From: a virus
Lineage: Duplodnaviria; Caudoviricetes
IMG/VR virus record: IMGVR_UViG_3300034073_003797
Location: 1-35,348 of that record
DNA: 35,348 nucleotides
Strand: one strand, 5' to 3'
The position numbers and the translations under genes are program-made. Below are positions 34,950 to 35,348 of the stretch, one piece after another (the first letter of the stretch is position 1; each line of letters starts with the position of its first letter). The notes below the pieces were generated by a model that was not told the DNA's origin, did no database searches, and saw nothing but the letters and a program-made list of their open reading frames with translations.

Positions 34950-35028
34950 TTCTGTTGAAGCGGTGATAGAAGTTACATCAAAACTATTGAAACTGAAAAA
35001 CACTTTTATCTAATATACTCAATAGGAA
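34950..35028 (+). ncRNA. Y-RNA-like stem B
   Basis: TTCTGTTGA/TCAATAGGAA and GATAGAAGT/ACTTTTATC helices separated by an AGCGGT internal loop; adjacent to TROVE gene. Confidence 0.55.
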
Positions 35029-35073
35029 CTTATTGTCCACTATGGTTGAAATATGCCCTGAGTGAGACCTGTT

Positions 35074-35106
35074 AGTCCCTACGAGTAAAATTGTAGGGAC
35101 TTTTTT
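35074..35106 (+). terminator. Intrinsic terminator immediately upstream of the TROVE gene
   Basis: AGTCCCTACGA-gtaaaa-TTGTAGGGACT-TTTTT. Confidence 0.85.
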
Positions 35107-35134
35107 ATTTTAAAAACAAATTAAATTACACATT

Positions 35135-35348
35135 ATGCCAAAGTTTGAATCAAAAGCAGTAGAAAATTTCGATGGTGGTATTTCTTATACCGTAAACCCA
35201 ATTAATACACTTCGTATTATAGCGGCTTCATCTATTTTTGGTGAACCTTCTTATTACAGAGGTTCTCATGATAAACCTTCTAATTTGTCTACTTTAAAAA
35301 GACATGATATTTTAGGTGTCTACACTGATCCAAGTGAGACTACTACCG
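35135..35348 (+). CDS. TROVE-domain protein (Ro60/Rsr-like), 3' truncated by window edge
   Basis: MPKFESKAVENFDGGISYTVNPINTLRIIAASSIFGEPSYYR matches the TROVE N-terminal N..GG..Y...P...L......F.E..YY pattern. Confidence 0.75.
   Translation, partial: MPKFESKAVENFDGGISYTVNPINTLRIIAASSIFGEPSYYRGSHDKPSNLSTLKRHDILGVYTDPSETTT

Noticed and set aside
1-35348. Stop-codon reassignment, as seen in some Bacteroidota phages
   Set aside because: Conserved genes are full length in code 11; TAA, TGA and TAG all serve as stops; no suppressor tRNA in this window

Overview
A 35 kb AT-rich, gene-dense segment, almost certainly from a large (jumbo-type) tailed phage of a Bacteroidota host. Host evidence: TTTG-N19/20-TAnnTTTG promoters, a Bacteroidota-type sigma-70, an Hc1-like histone, Q-rule signal peptides and a T9SS type B C-terminal domain. 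The window encodes two DUF723/PD-(D/E)XK homing-type endonucleases, thioredoxin, glutaredoxin, two HAD phosphatases, two DUF4338 (DruA-like) paralogues flanking a Tad1-like anti-Thoeris sponge, SbcD/SbcC, a minimal ligase, sigma-70, an inverted GT2/ParB-like/2OG-Fe(II) cassette, a lysis-like cluster, probable virion-associated proteins, NUDIX, RNase HII, DnaJ, and three secreted adhesin-like proteins. It ends in a 1.4 kb RNA-gene region followed by the start of a TROVE (Ro60/Rsr) gene. The most striking observation is an apparent trp-style leader-peptide attenuator whose control codons (AGA-GAG-AGA-AGA-GAA) are those read by the two downstream tRNAs, Glu-UUC and Arg-UCU. It sits upstream of several unrecognised structured RNAs, Y-RNA-like stems and Ro60, suggesting a tRNA-depletion-sensing counter-defence locus. 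All family assignments are by motif recognition, not database search.
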